From Perna viridis (Eukaryota): a stretch of 64,000 nt of DNA. The translations under genes and the position numbers were made by a program. A model generated the notes under the pieces. It did not search any database. It was not told the DNA's origin and saw nothing but the letters and a program-made list of their open reading frames with translations. Below are positions 63,882-64,000 of the stretch, piece after piece. The DNA lies in assembly GCA_037379345.1 (NCBI GenBank), contig CM074519.1:32266103-32330102 (forward strand). Direction: 5' to 3'. The stretch's first letter is position 1, and every line of letters begins with the position of its first letter.

Positions 63882-64000
63882 GTATGTATTTTATTTGCTG
63901 CAAAGAAGTGTGTTATTTGTTCATTTACACACGCGTACATGATTATACTAACTTTAAGCATGTTTAATGTGCATTATGTATATACTTGAAATTTAGAAAT

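Overview
AT-rich, intron-containing animal DNA. The repeat families and gene types suggest a mollusc, probably a bivalve (inference). Four host genes can be read: (1) a single-exon GT31 beta-1,3-galactosyltransferase-like gene (3048-4205, +); (2) an 8-exon NUDT9 ADP-ribose pyrophosphatase (46350-33274, -); (3) a 4-exon secreted protein with nine pacifastin/VWC-like 6-Cys repeats plus a C-terminal Kunitz domain (55544-59930, +); (4) the 5' part of a secreted prokineticin/colipase-fold-like Cys-rich peptide gene (from 63418, +). The rest is mostly transposon-derived: a 5'-truncated Penelope-like (Naiad-type) RT with about ten copies of its structured 3' end; two nested, decayed Gypsy elements, one with a PHD finger on the integrase and an extra 3' ORF; a 3.33-kb tandem array of about 2.4 units; several LINE fragments; a TSD-flanked SINE-like element that starts with a pseudoknot; three hairpin-plus-IR elements; a circularly permuted tRNA-headed repeat; and MITEs. 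The most striking observation is in NUDT9. The exon carrying the catalytic Nudix box is present as two intact, diverged 144-nt copies only 41 nt apart (candidate mutually exclusive exons: canonical G-x5-E-x7-RE-F-x-EE versus variant G-x5-D-x7-KE-F-x-EE). The preceding exon's splice donor is also amplified into five donors spaced 54 nt apart. All calls come from manual reading and translation; no searches were run.
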